A DNA stretch of 62,123 nt, filler included, from Globobulimina sp. (Eukaryota), in NCBI GenBank assembly GCA_003354225.1. It is 18 parts of 18 records of this genome, joined end to end, with 100 filler letters (N's around TTAATTAATTAA, not from the genome) between each part and the next. Parts side by side here need not be neighbours in the genome. Positions count along the whole stretch, not along the records: positions 31,128 to 34,484 come from PIVH01002991.1; positions 34,585 to 37,940 come from PIVH01002992.1; positions 38,041 to 41,396 come from PIVH01002993.1; positions 41,497 to 44,852 come from PIVH01002994.1; positions 44,953 to 48,308 come from PIVH01002995.1; 13 more parts are not named here. One strand, 5' to 3'. The notes below the pieces were generated by a model that saw only the letters and a list, made by a program, of their open reading frames with translations, ran no database searches and was not told the DNA's origin. The translations under genes and the position numbers were made by a program. Below, piece by piece: positions 33,194 through 45,404 of the stretch (within the stretch, counting starts at the first letter, position 1; each line of letters starts with the position of its first letter).

Positions 33194-34400
33194 TTATGCT
33201 TTGGCAATGAGTTCCGAATATTTTAAGGTGTTATACGTTTGTTGGATCTGCTTATCCGATGGCGATACAGTTGCAATCATAATGGCCGTACTTGTTGATG
33301 CTTTTAAATGCGGTCTTAATACCATCGTTAATTTAGAATCTCGATAAGGAACATGGTCTTTACTCGAATGTAATGCACGAATACATTCTTTTAATGCCAA
33401 CAATGATTTATTAATTTCCTGTCTTTCCTTCATTTGTATTTTGTTATCACCCACAATTTTTTTACTATTATTTCCCCATTCATTCCCTGCTAAGTCTACA
33501 AACACCAAACTACCACAAATGCATTGATCCGATTCCCGCTCAATTTGTCGAATCAATACTTTTGCTTTCTCGATTTCAATGCAATATTTAATGACTTGAT
33601 CCTGTAAGTTTTGTTTTTTTAGAGCCTCTTCATCAGATAATTTAACTTCAAAATTAAAATTATATTCCACCAAATTGCCATCTCTTTTCCACCGTTTTAA
33701 GCCTTCCTCAATTTTTAAGCCAAGCCATCAAAGGCAGCTCCAATCGGTGTGTATAACCCTTCCAAATCCCATAATAACGCCCTTGCGATGCTCAATCGTT
33801 GTGTAACTAATTCCATTTCTAAGAAAACGTGAGATCGAGAACTCTCGTCATGCACAGCGGAGCTTCCTTGTTTGCGGAGTGTCAATGCTTTGGTGACGTT
33901 TTCAATCAAATCGTCAACTTCGCCATTTCGAATATAAATTGGTGTCAATGGCTGCACTTTGACCTCGCCGGTTTCTTCATTTTTGACGGTTGGGCCACGA
34001 ATATGAATGGTACCGTTATCATCTTCGCGAACAAAACATTCCACCAAATTGCCAAATAAATCGCGCATTTTGCCTTGGTACAATTCGGCAAACTGGCAAC
34101 TTAATAAAACTTTATCTTGCTCTGTTTTTATAGTTTTATTCAACATTTCCAGTTTCTGATTGATGTAATTTGCAGTCAACCGGTACATTCCTGGACTTTT
34201 AGCGGAGTCATAGCCCATAATTGTATGCGTTTTGCCTGATCCGGTCTGTCCATACGCAAAGCAACAGACATCAAAGCCTTTCATTATAGAGTCTATCGAA
34301 GGAAATATGCATTTCGTGAATGTTTCGAAATTATTCTCGTTCGCGGTGACCACAGATCGAAATCCTGCAAATTTCTTAATAGGCCCTTTTTTCTTGTTTG
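33194..34400 (-). CDS. Kinesin motor domain (kinesin-13-like), frameshifted at about 33716, 5' incomplete
   Basis: Motifs CFAYGQTGSGKTHT, SSRSH, VDLAGNE, EINKSLLALKECIRAL and HVPYRDSKLT. Confidence 0.88.
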
Positions 34401-34758
34401 CTTTTTTTTTTTAATGCTGGAAATTCTTTGTTTTTTAGTTATTTCGTCAATATTGATGGTGTTTGTTTATGTTTTTCTGTTTCTNNNNNNNNNNNNNNNN
34501 NNNNNNNNNNNNNNNNNNNNNNNNNNNNTTAATTAATTAANNNNNNNNNNNNNNNNNNNNNNNNNNNNNNNNNNNNNNNNNNNNTGTCGCCAAATATTTT
34601 ATACAAATTCTCAATTAACGACTCATATAAATATCAGCCATTCGCATTTACTCGATACTAATCGTTTTAACATTAATATTACAAATATAAAATCTGTTAA
34701 TTTATCACAGCAAACAAACGCCGGAACCAATTACCATTGCAACACACCGCCAAATCCA

Positions 34759-35775
34759 ATGGATTTATCCACATTACCAAGCATTGATTTTAATGCTTTA
34801 CTGTCGTCGTGGCCGGGATTCAATGAGATATTGCCCATCAAACAAGAACTAAATACCATTGCAACCATAAACCTGCACAATAACCACATCCATGACCATC
34901 ACAACCATAACACAGCAAAATCAAAGCACAGCTCCATGCAATGCAGATATTGTCCGCTACTCTTTGGAAAGAATGAGTATTTAATGCGACATATAAACGC
35001 CAACCATTTAGCACAATTAAATAAAATGAGCCACCAAGACATACAAATGGACGCTCAGAATGAGAAAAAAAGGAAACGAGCACCCATTGAACCACCAAAA
35101 CCACCGTTGCCCAGTCCCAGTAATATCCCCTTTAATGTCCACAACGGATATAATTACAAACCAATGCGCAAAAAACGGAAAAGACCAAACTTTAATTACA
35201 ACAATGAGATTTATAATGGAATTTATAACCCGTTGCAGTGCAGATATTGTTGCCGCGTATTTGACGCAAATAAGGTGTTAATGCAACACATTCATAACGT
35301 GCACTTTGCGAATTATAATAAGAATATCGCATTGATTGCGGAGGGAAGTGATAGCAGCGGATCGTCAGAGAGTGACAGTGCATATTCTGAGTATGAGCCA
35401 TATAACGAAAAGTTAATAGAGACGTACTCGGATTGTGAGAGTGCGGATGTTGACGGTAAGAAAGTAAAGCGGAGGAAATTGAGGAAAAAGAGGAGGAAAA
35501 AAAAGAAGATGAAGGTGAAGGAGTTGCGGATGAAAGGACTGCGACCGAGTCGGTGGAAGAAGTGGGACAAAAAAATGGATTTAATGAAGTGTACGTATTG
35601 CACGTATAAAACGAACAGTTCCTGCCATTTAAGGGACCATTTGTTGGTTCATAGCGGCGAGAAACCGTTTAAATGTTGTAAATGTAATCAGAAATTTCGA
35701 CAGAAATCACATCTCAAGACACATAATAAACGATATCATAAAAATAAAAGTAATGCCAATGTGAATGATTGTTGA
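34759..35775 (+). CDS. C2H2 zinc-finger protein
   Basis: Four CxxC..H..H fingers, an HSGEKPFKC linker and basic NLS-like tracts. Confidence 0.9.
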   Translation: MDLSTLPSIDFNALLSSWPGFNEILPIKQELNTIATINLHNNHIHDHHNHNTAKSKHSSMQCRYCPLLFGKNEYLMRHINANHLAQLNKMSHQDIQMDAQNEKKRKRAPIEPPKPPLPSPSNIPFNVHNGYNYKPMRKKRKRPNFNYNNEIYNGIYNPLQCRYCCRVFDANKVLMQHIHNVHFANYNKNIALIAEGSDSSGSSESDSAYSEYEPYNEKLIETYSDCESADVDGKKVKRRKLRKKRRKKKKMKVKELRMKGLRPSRWKKWDKKMDLMKCTYCTYKTNSSCHLRDHLLVHSGEKPFKCCKCNQKFRQKSHLKTHNKRYHKNKSNANVNDC

Positions 35776-35960
35776 CTGTATTGTTTTTTTTGTATTACAT
35801 TTACGTTTGTTTGTATTTTTAAGTTACAAGCGATATTTCCCTAAGTGGCATAAACGTACTTTTGTTTTTTCCGGCATTCGCATGTTTTTTTTTTGCTATA
35901 TCGGTATAAATAGTTCATCGCAAAAAATTAACACAACTTTTCAAATGAAAACTAGCCAAA

Positions 35961-37918
35961 TTATAACATGACACTCGACCCAAAATATTTGGGATTCATA
36001 GAATTATATGGAATAATTGTTGCAGCTCTATCAATATCTTTGCTTATCATCTCCATACTATCTACGAAATATTGCTTAAATATCTTTTTATTTCGTGATA
36101 ACTTGCCATCATCCAATAAAACTTTGCTCCATTCCACATCCAAATGTTCTCCAAAATCGAATTCTTTAATACTATTATCTGTGCCATCAAAACTCATCAA
36201 ATTCCATCCCGTACACAACGCAACAATGCAATATTCCGCATAATGCTGAATCGAATTTCCCTGTGCTCCATCACTAATTTTCAAACCATTAAAACCCGGA
36301 TCAATAAAATAATCAAACGATACAGCTCCATTCAAATGAGAGTTCCAAACGGTCGCATTACAGATAAAATGTGTCAATATGTTAATAAGATTAAATTTCT
36401 TCAATCTATACTTCTTTCCAACGTTGCAAGTCTCCAACAAATCGTCGTAAAAAGCTTCCAATTCAGCATCATTACCCAACTCCGAGTCATCTTTATCGTT
36501 TCCATTATAATATTGCCCGACATATTGACCAACAAAATCAAGTGTTGCAGTCCAGAAATTCGACACATCCGCATACATCGGATAAACCTCAGAAGGCATT
36601 CGCTTTAACACAGCAACTTTTTTCTACACAGTATATCAAACATGTTTTGTTAAACTTATTCGTGACCAAACCGTCAAATCTTAACTCTCAACAATCGAAA
36701 TCTATACTTATTAGCATCCGCAACCGACCGTGTTTGACCCTTTTCAATCTCCAGAGCATTCCCCATGACATCCACAATTAATCGCGACAGCTCACCATAT
36801 TTAAACGCAAACGCTCTATGAAACAGTCCGTTTTCCTTCAAATACCCATTCAACACACGATTGGAGTACACCGTGCCAAATGTAAACGGCAGCAACAATC
36901 TGCGAATGGGGTGGTTGACATTCAACTTTGTCTGCACAGCTGTCACTAATCCGGAAGCTTCACGAAACCTGCAATGCGCCACCATGTCAACCAAGAAAGT
37001 GGCCGCTGTCACACTGACCTTCCAAACCCATTTAGCATGCTCCCAATCTGCCTTTAGGTAACTATTCGGAGTGTAAGTGCTCTTATTATGTGACACGAAT
37101 ATTTTGATGATCCGATATTTTTTATCGAAATATGCCACAGCTCCGTACTTCTTATATCCACCACGCACTTTATAAGCAGACAAAAACGTTGTGTCACTCT
37201 TGAAGAATGAGCCGGGATTTCGGTCAGTTGGCTCCATTGGAAGTGTGCGGTGTGCTGCAAAGCCAGAGAACGCAATCAATGTCAACCACATATCTTCGTC
37301 GTTGCCGGTGAACTCGTCTGAGCCAAATAAGAGCATTGCGATTTGGTTTTTGTTTGGTAGATCTTGGATGTTTATGTCTGCCCATTCGTTGAATAACTGA
37401 TATTTTAATTTTTGTCGACCTGCCATTGCATTGAAGAATTTCTCTTCGCGATTGGTGGAGTACAGTGGAGTATGGATCATATCGTCAAACCATTGCGATG
37501 CTTGTTGGCAGGAATCAAATTTTTTGGTTGCTGGATTGTTTTCAATTTCGTATTTGTTGTATTTGTCATATTTATGCACATAATTTAAATCACCATAATA
37601 TTCATCAATGACTGGTAATTTATACATTGTGCTTTGTTGTTTGTCACAGCATGAAATTGTAAGGGATTCAATGTCGTATTTTTCGTCCATTTGTGTTTTA
37701 TATGGTGCCGGAAACTGCACATCTGGGAATCCAGCAATTTTTAGGTTTATAATTTCATGGATTTTCTTTTCTAACATCTTGTGAGTATATGTGTCGAATC
37801 GTTGATTCATTTTTACCACCAATTTAGTTTTTATATTATCGACATCCAAATAATGGGTAACGATTTTACAATGGGTGTCGTTGATTGTTGTGGAGCCACT
37901 GGTAATGGTGCTGGACAT
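35961..37918 (-). CDS. Lipoxygenase-like protein (iron ligands substituted), 2 exons
   Basis: Motifs WEHAKWVWK, LNVNHPIRRLLLPF, YP..AD, DAELEAFY and C-terminal PY...NPK...SSV. Intron 36624-36685. Confidence 0.75.
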
Positions 37919-38040
37919 TATGATAAAATCAACACAATAANNNNNNNNNNNNNNNNNNNNNNNNNNNNNNNNNNNNNNNNNNNNTTAATTAATTAANNNN
38001 NNNNNNNNNNNNNNNNNNNNNNNNNNNNNNNNNNNNNNNN

Positions 38041-40102
38041 TACGTTGCTCCTCATTCACGACTGCTTCAGCTAAGTATACGGCGGCCTCTTTATCAATAT
38101 TACGGTCCACCGTCAATGCTGAGATGGCATGGGATTGCAGTGTAATGAGTTTCTTCTGCGGTGAGACTGACCTGGACACGGAATAACGGCTTCGGGCTTT
38201 GCCTAAATCATGCGATAACCGATCAATTTTGGAGTTCATATCCTGGGACATTTGATCGATTTTGTCATCAAATTTCAGGCGTTGTTGTCGGAGTTTATTG
38301 TCCGTGGTATCATCGTGAGCGGGATGTTGGGGTTGGATGTCACCAAAATACGGATTGGTAGACGGGGATTGGGAGACTGTGGAGTGTGGAGATGGCGGGG
38401 AATCGGAGAGAATACGCGTTACAAATTCCTTCTGGCGTTTCTTGCCATGACTATTATGTTCATGGCTTCCCGCAAACGATATCATTCTGTCGGCGCGTCT
38501 TTTTTTAAAATATTTGATTTGATTATAAATAATGCGATTTTTAAAATATGGATATGGCCATCTTTTGGTTTGGTTGAGTTTGGCATCCAAGAACTTTTCG
38601 GATTTCAATGCCTTGACTCGATGCAATATCTGTGGGACCATCCAAACCCACCAGAATCTAATCGTATGGCCCGGTTTATGATTGTTATAAAAAAATAATT
38701 TGAATAATATATCCATTATTGATTGGTTCTTGTCACTTAAATTGATATCGGCGAACAATTCATGAAAATTCATCGAATAAAGCATATCCAATGTAATGCC
38801 GGTCATAATAATATGGTCAACGAAGGCGGTAAATGTAATACGGCGCTCTTCATTGTATCGTCTGAGAGTGTCAGATAGCGACAATCCGGACTTTACTGTT
38901 GCTGTGATGTTAAGCAATAATTCAATAAAATGGTTTCTTGCGCAATGATAGAGATTCACCAAATTCTCGGCGGCTTTCGGCTCATTCAACGTTTTATATC
39001 GATATCGCAGGATATTATTGACGCGAATGGCATCTTCGCGGACCTGCTTATCCTTGAAATATTTCATTTTCTTATTCCGGAGGGCCGTATACATTGTATT
39101 TTTATGCAGGAACGGCGTGAGTACGGCAATGGCATCGAACGGCGGTGGTTTGGCCGCAGGTTCTTCATATGGATCGAGCGTAAAATCTGCATCAATCGAA
39201 GTGACGGATGAACGGTCCGAATGATGCGAATCGACGTCAATATGGTCGGACGCTACATGAGTGGTTGCGGAATGATTGGTATTCAAACGGCGCGATGGAT
39301 GCATATGGCCAGGACTGACCAGCGGGGAATTATGTAGCACCGCGTCAGTATCATCCGCATCCTCTTCCAACTTATCTGACTGTGTAGGTTTGCCACCTAC
39401 AAACTGATTATTTTCTTCTTCTGCAATAAATGATTTGGTGTCGCTCTCTTCTTTGGAGTCAGCGATCGACGATTCAGACTGTACGGATTGCTGCGATCTT
39501 GATCCTGTAATATTGAAGTCAGGATTCTGTGATAAATCAAATATCTCTTCGACCGTAAAATTATCGCCACCATCATCGGTCTGAGCATCATTCTGAGACT
39601 GCGCATCATCTTTATCTGGGTCATATGAGTCCGCATCGTTGCTGTCATTTGTATTTGATGATCGTTTCTGAGTTTGTTGAGCGAAAAACGGAGTGGTCGA
39701 CAGATCGTAATTGACAATGGATTTGTATTGCTGCCAATCATCGGATTTACGGAAGGCACTAACTTTCGCCGGGTCCACTTTCTTACAGAAGGCGACCAAG
39801 AGATCCTTCTTACAACGAACAAAATTATCAGGGCGCGGTTGAGCGGCATTGAACTTCAATTTGAACCGATCTAATATGGCTTTATAGGACGTCGAAGATG
39901 ATGGGATAATATAAACGTATTTATTTGTTTTCATAAACCGCATAATATCTCGATAATCTTCTCTGTAAAATTTGATAGGCGCCGTCGCTGGATTCCGCAA
40001 TGGCAATTTCATCAACGATGGTGTAAAAAAGAAGGCTTTCGGATCATCCCGAACCTTCGCAACGAATGCATCAAACTGCTCTAATGTTAATGCAAACGCC
40101 AT
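38041..40102 (-). CDS. Large intronless hypothetical protein (3' truncated), higher GC than neighbours
   Basis: More than 685 open codons with disordered D/S-rich linkers and a coiled coil; no family recognised. Confidence 0.7.
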
Positions 40103-40671
40103 ATACTATATATTGTATATTATCTGCACAATAAATGAGAAGGATTAATGGGTTGCTGGCACTTCGCTTTAATTATCGATATGTTGTTGCTACAGCAAAG
40201 AAAAATAATTGAGAGGATTAAAGAGAAAGAAGTGAGGAAACTGAAGTGAACTGAAGATAATAAAACAAGCACACATCAAAACACTTTATTGTTTATAGTT
40301 AATCATAACACTGCGTTTTATCTGTAAACAAATAAAACTCCGAATTATAAAAAGAAGAAAATATCAAAACAAGAGCATTATGTACTGGTTCCAGATGAGG
40401 TTTAATTTAGAATTGATTTTTGTTTTTGTTTATGTTTAGTATTTAGATAAAAATTGCACTTCTTTTGTGATTGTTTGTAAACACCTTCATCTACGACTCC
40501 ATTAATATACTAATCTTCTTTCTTCAAAACACTTCAAGGATAAGACTGATAACAAAACATTCTAAACAATCACCAATTAGTTCAAAACCAAGATTATATG
40601 AAAGAAATAAAAGCGACAACAAGCTCTAGATTAATATAAATAAAAACGCTGAAAGATCAAATAAAATGTTT

Positions 40672-41396
40672 CTATAAATCAGTTTTTGTGTTTCCCTGTT
40701 CGTCCACTTGTTCATCCTCTAAATTGGCAATTTCATCCTCATCCTCCTCCTCCTCCTCCTCATCATCATCATCTTCCTCAAATTCATCATCATCCTCCAA
40801 ATCATCATCATGTAACTCCGGCATTACATCACCTCTTTGTATCCGTAACTGCAATAAATACTCATCAATCACTTTCTGCACTGTACCTTCAATATCATCC
40901 ATGTTCACAATCTCTTTAATTTGCGCGATCTGATTCATTATGAATATCTGTGGCAAATTACCACCATCCTCCTCATCCTCATCATCATCCTCATCCTCAT
41001 CATATCCATCTTCATCCTTATCTTCATCACCTTTATCCTATAAAAACACACATAAAACACTCAAAAAAAAACACATACAAAAATACCTTCACATTCAACC
41101 CAAAATTCTGTGCAATTTGAGGCTGTGCATCGACGTCCAACTGAACAAAGGTCAATTGCCCCCTGTATCTTTTTGCAATGCTCAGTGCCGAATTCAATAA
41201 TAATTGGAATCCGTCGTCATTCATTTTGTTGTTGTACGCCACCCACAATATCGGTAAGCCCCTTTTCATGAACCTCTTGCTTGTCAGCTGTGTAAATTCA
41301 CCAAATATCGGCACAAAATTATTCATCACAAAATCGCGGACCACCTCACGATTCGTTATGTTGCCGCTAAAAATCTGCGGGTTTTCACCGAAAGTG
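40672..41396 (-). CDS. PDI-like thioredoxin-fold ER protein, C-terminal part
   Basis: PIFGEFT...GLPILW...IAKRYRGQLTFVQLD...LPQIFI (b'-like domain), acidic tracts, C-terminal KTDL. Intron 41038-41086. Confidence 0.75.
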
Positions 41397-41496
41397 NNNN
41401 NNNNNNNNNNNNNNNNNNNNNNNNNNNNNNNNNNNNNNNNTTAATTAATTAANNNNNNNNNNNNNNNNNNNNNNNNNNNNNNNNNNNNNNNNNNNN

Positions 41497-44028
41497 TTGG
41501 TTTTTACTTTTACTTTCAGTATGGTTAAAGCCTGCATAAATGATTATACTTTCCTGGGCATGTTACTTCTCCTTTGTGGAGACAAAGAGGTCAATCCAGG
41601 TCCAAATTGTGATGTAACGACAAGGCCATGTATGAAATTCCAAGTTGGTACATTAACCTCGATACTATTAATTGGATTCTTATGGGCTGACGTTATAAAC
41701 ACACTTTCTGTTTGCTGCGATACTTCGTCATCATTGTTTGGCTCATTCTTGTGTCTTCTCGAAGCAGTGACCGCCATTGTTTGTGGATTCCTGGTTGGAC
41801 TATACACTGCCGATGAATTCGAAGCAATCAATGCTGCGATAGGCATATTATTTATTCACGATTTGGACGAAAAAGTATTTTCCTCCATGATTATTTTCGA
41901 GGGCCACGGTGGTCGCGGACAAAAATATGAAATCACAAAGAAACTGCTGGCCGTCGTGCTGTGGATTGTCTTTTCCATTGTCATTGCTGTGATGCTTTCC
42001 TGTGACTATACCAATGGCAGTTATTGGCCATCAGCAGGCCATGAATGTTTAGAGGGGGAATTTAAATGCAGTTCAGGTGAGTGCATTTGGGCCGGATTTG
42101 TGTGTAATGGAATCGAGAATTGTGATGATGGGGACGATGAAGGAATCGCTTCGAACTGTGATTATTCTTTGATTGAGTGCCCTGACGATATGTTTTCATG
42201 TCAGAGCATTGGTAATTGTGTACTGAGAGAGAAGGTATGTAACGGTATCATGGATTGTGCAGATGGCAGTGATGAAGATTGGAATTTGCACAAATGTGCA
42301 GAGATAATTCGTGAGAAAGAATGCGAGCTTCCTTTTAATGATAGTTATAGGTATAATTATAGCACATATTATAAACAATGGAGCGGTGAATTCAAATGTA
42401 ATAATGGTCAATGCATCGATGCATCACTTGCTTGCGATGGTATTTTAAATGATTGTAATGATGGAAGTGACGAAAATCCATATTTTGATAAATCAAACGA
42501 TGGATATTATAATTTCTTAAAAAGATGTCCTTATTCGCAGCTGAAAGAATGTCATGAAACGCAAATATTATGCAAAATTGACGGCATTTGCATTAACAAA
42601 AATCGTGTTTGCGATGGGATAAAAGGTATGAAAACGTTTTTTTTTTCAACGTCAGAATAAACATTTTATGCGACCAATAATTCTGACTATTTTTCGTTTC
42701 TTTTTTTTTCAGATTGCTCGGATGGAATCGACGAAATGAATTGTAATTATCAATGCAAAATAGCAACGTTTCAAGAATTCCAATGTGGTTCAAGCATATC
42801 GTACATTGATACACAAAAACGAGAAATTATATTATCTGAAAAAAACAACAATAATATTAGTATAATACCGTATGAAGAGAAGGAATTCAAGCAATTAATA
42901 GAAAATATCACCTATCACGACGCAGGATTCTGCATTGCATATAATTACAGATGTGATGGAACTTACGATTGCGAAGATTTATCAGATGAGCTAAATTGCG
43001 ATTTATTTCCCTGTGAAAATGGTTATCGATGTTCGAATGGATTATGCATTGATACCGCATTACTTTGCAATGGATATAGAGATTGCTTTGATGGAATGGA
43101 TGAAAATCCCGACGAATGTGCGAAATATAACATATCCTCAACAGCGGGTGATGTGTCATGCAGCAGTAAAGATAATAAGTATTCCTGTAACGGCAATGTG
43201 CATTGCATTGATTATAAGCAAACCTGTGATGGTTGGTGTGACTGTTTAGATTGCGATGACGAACAAAATACAGATTTATGCATTAATAATATCGAATTGG
43301 AGCAACTTGATAGATTGGAATGTAATACGTCGCCACTAATTGGGAGCATATTCGATGGACATCCAAAGTATTATTTATTTACATTACCGTATGACTATAC
43401 GCTCATTATTTTTAGTACGTGTACTAATATAACAAGAGATAACGAGTTTGATACTGTTTTGATGTTTTATGATGAAAATAAAACCTATATCAGCGAAAAC
43501 GATGACAATTGTGACATTTATGGCTTTGCCTCGAATAAATATTTTAGTGATTTATACCGTATCTGGGAACCTGGGAATGATTACATTTTAGGGGTTAAAC
43601 CATTCGATAGTGGGATAGTTGGAACATTTGGAATCACCGCACAGTGTCAGATGAACAGTAATTTAATTCCATTGGAATGTAATCAAAACGATATTGATAC
43701 AGTGATGTCTAAAAGTGCTTCTGTATATTTTTCATTTGCCATTCCCGATCACAGCAGTAATATTTCAACGGTGATTATTACAACGTGTACAAATACAACA
43801 CAGGTAGATACAATGTTGATTCTCCACGACCCTGAAGATCAAGAGGAGATTCTTCGAAATGATAACAGTTGTAATGATAACGGGTATTTTCCATCTGCTT
43901 CAACTATTACATTCGAGAAATCAAATCAAAAATGGATTGTGGGCAAAACATTAATTGTCGAAGTTGCACCATCACCAGCAAGTACGGTTGATAATGGACC
44001 AATTGGTTTGAAAGCAATATGCACATAA
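41497..44028 (+). CDS. Multi-TM membrane protein with multiple LDL-receptor class A repeats and two C-terminal beta-sandwich repeats (5' probably truncated)
   Basis: Repeated FKC..G.CI....CDG..DC.DGSDE motifs. Intron 42626-42712. Two STC...DT.L..D......NDD/NDN-C repeats. Confidence 0.85.
41560..41604 (+). other. 2A-like (StopGo) peptide motif
   Basis: MLLLLCGDKEVNPGP versus consensus LLxxxGD(V/I)ExNPGP. Confidence 0.55.
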
Positions 44029-44270
44029 TTCATGTGTCGACAATTTTTTTCTTTAATTAATTAATTGCACTACTTTTTGTTCAACATATTGATTTCTTGA
44101 GTTTTTAACTTTCGATCCAGAACAAGAATGCACAATTAAAGTTTTGGAGCTAGAGTCGTTTTCAACTCACACTTGTGAAAAACAGCTTATTTTGGGATTC
44201 ATATTTGAACATACTAGCAATGCGTTCATATCACTAGAATTTCAATATTATATAGTTGTTGTATATAAAC

Positions 44271-44325
44271 ATTACAACAAATCTGTCACATTTTCATTGT
44301 ATAATTACAACAAATCTGTCACATT
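44271..44325 (+). repeat. 22-bp direct repeat
   Basis: ATTACAACAAATCTGTCACATT at 44271 and 44304. Confidence 0.8.
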
Positions 44326-44333
44326 ACAACAGA

Positions 44334-44852
44334 TTATGCATTGTATAATGAAGGATGTGGCATACAAACAGAACAGTTTAGTTGTTTAGCTTTTGCTGCA
44401 TCCACTGTTGAATAAATTGGACTGTTCACAACAACGAACATCGCTTCGTATGCATTCAATCGGCCATCATGATTCAAATCATATTGTGGTTGAGTTGATT
44501 CATTGCATCTTTTCACCACAACAAAATACTGCACTAAATTCCAAGCGTTACAGATTTCATATTCTTCCAAAAAGCCATTATTATTTTCATCGACTGTGCT
44601 AAAATATAATGACCATAAATCGCATGGTGTTTCTTTAATACATTCGGCGCAGTCAATTTCTTCGCGCTTTGTGCAATTACTGTCCATACAATTTTGATCA
44701 CAAAAATTATCATTTAACCATACTGCATCACATTCATTATTACAATAAATATCTGAATTATTTACATCATCAATGCAATCATGTTGGTCCCAGGCACATT
44801 GCATAGAATTGCATTGTTCATCGCATTCACCATTATTCCAATATAGATTCCT
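44334..44852 (-). CDS. LNR(Notch)-like repeats + EF-hand pair, C-terminal part
   Basis: WNNGECDEQCNSMQCAWDQHDC and WLNDNFCDQNC; EF loops DENNNGFLEEYE and DLNHDGRLNAYE. Confidence 0.75.
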   Translation of the reverse strand, partial: RNLYWNNGECDEQCNSMQCAWDQHDCIDDVNNSDIYCNNECDAVWLNDNFCDQNCMDSNCTKREEIDCAECIKETPCDLWSLYFSTVDENNNGFLEEYEICNAWNLVQYFVVVKRCNESTQPQYDLNHDGRLNAYEAMFVVVNSPIYSTVDAAKAKQLNCSVCMPHPSLYNA

Positions 44853-45404
44853 NNNNNNNNNNNNNNNNNNNNNNNNNNNNNNNNNNNNNNNNNNNNTTAA
44901 TTAATTAANNNNNNNNNNNNNNNNNNNNNNNNNNNNNNNNNNNNNNNNNNNNATTAAAAAAATGACACATACAATCTACCATATGCATAATAGCTTGCAT
45001 TCTGTGCATGTCATTTTGAATTTGAATATTGACCAATTCCTTCCTCATCTTTATCAATAAAACAACACCAATAATATACAGCAAATACACTTCACACAAT
45101 TACCATGCAATATAACTGCCATTAAAAATACATTCCCAAAATACTGTAACTTCTCAATTATTTCTTCCTTTTCATACCAGACAACAAATATATTCTCTCC
45201 ATCTCCGCCGGTGCTCTCAAATCTTGACATTCCATATTATTGACATTGCCAAGATGAGTAAATTCATCATTGTCACCAATTAGGGAATGCTGGTAAATGA
45301 CGTAGGTCCTTTTCATTCCAAACCAGCACAAGTAAGTACAAACGTGTTGAGCTATAAATTAATATTAAAAAGCTTATTTATTCACACAATTATGATCGAT
45401 TAAA

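Noticed and set aside
40686-41200. Poly-Ser and His/Pro-rich ORFs and (TCA/TCC)n microsatellite
   Set aside because: Antisense of the Asp/Glu tracts of the PDI-like gene.
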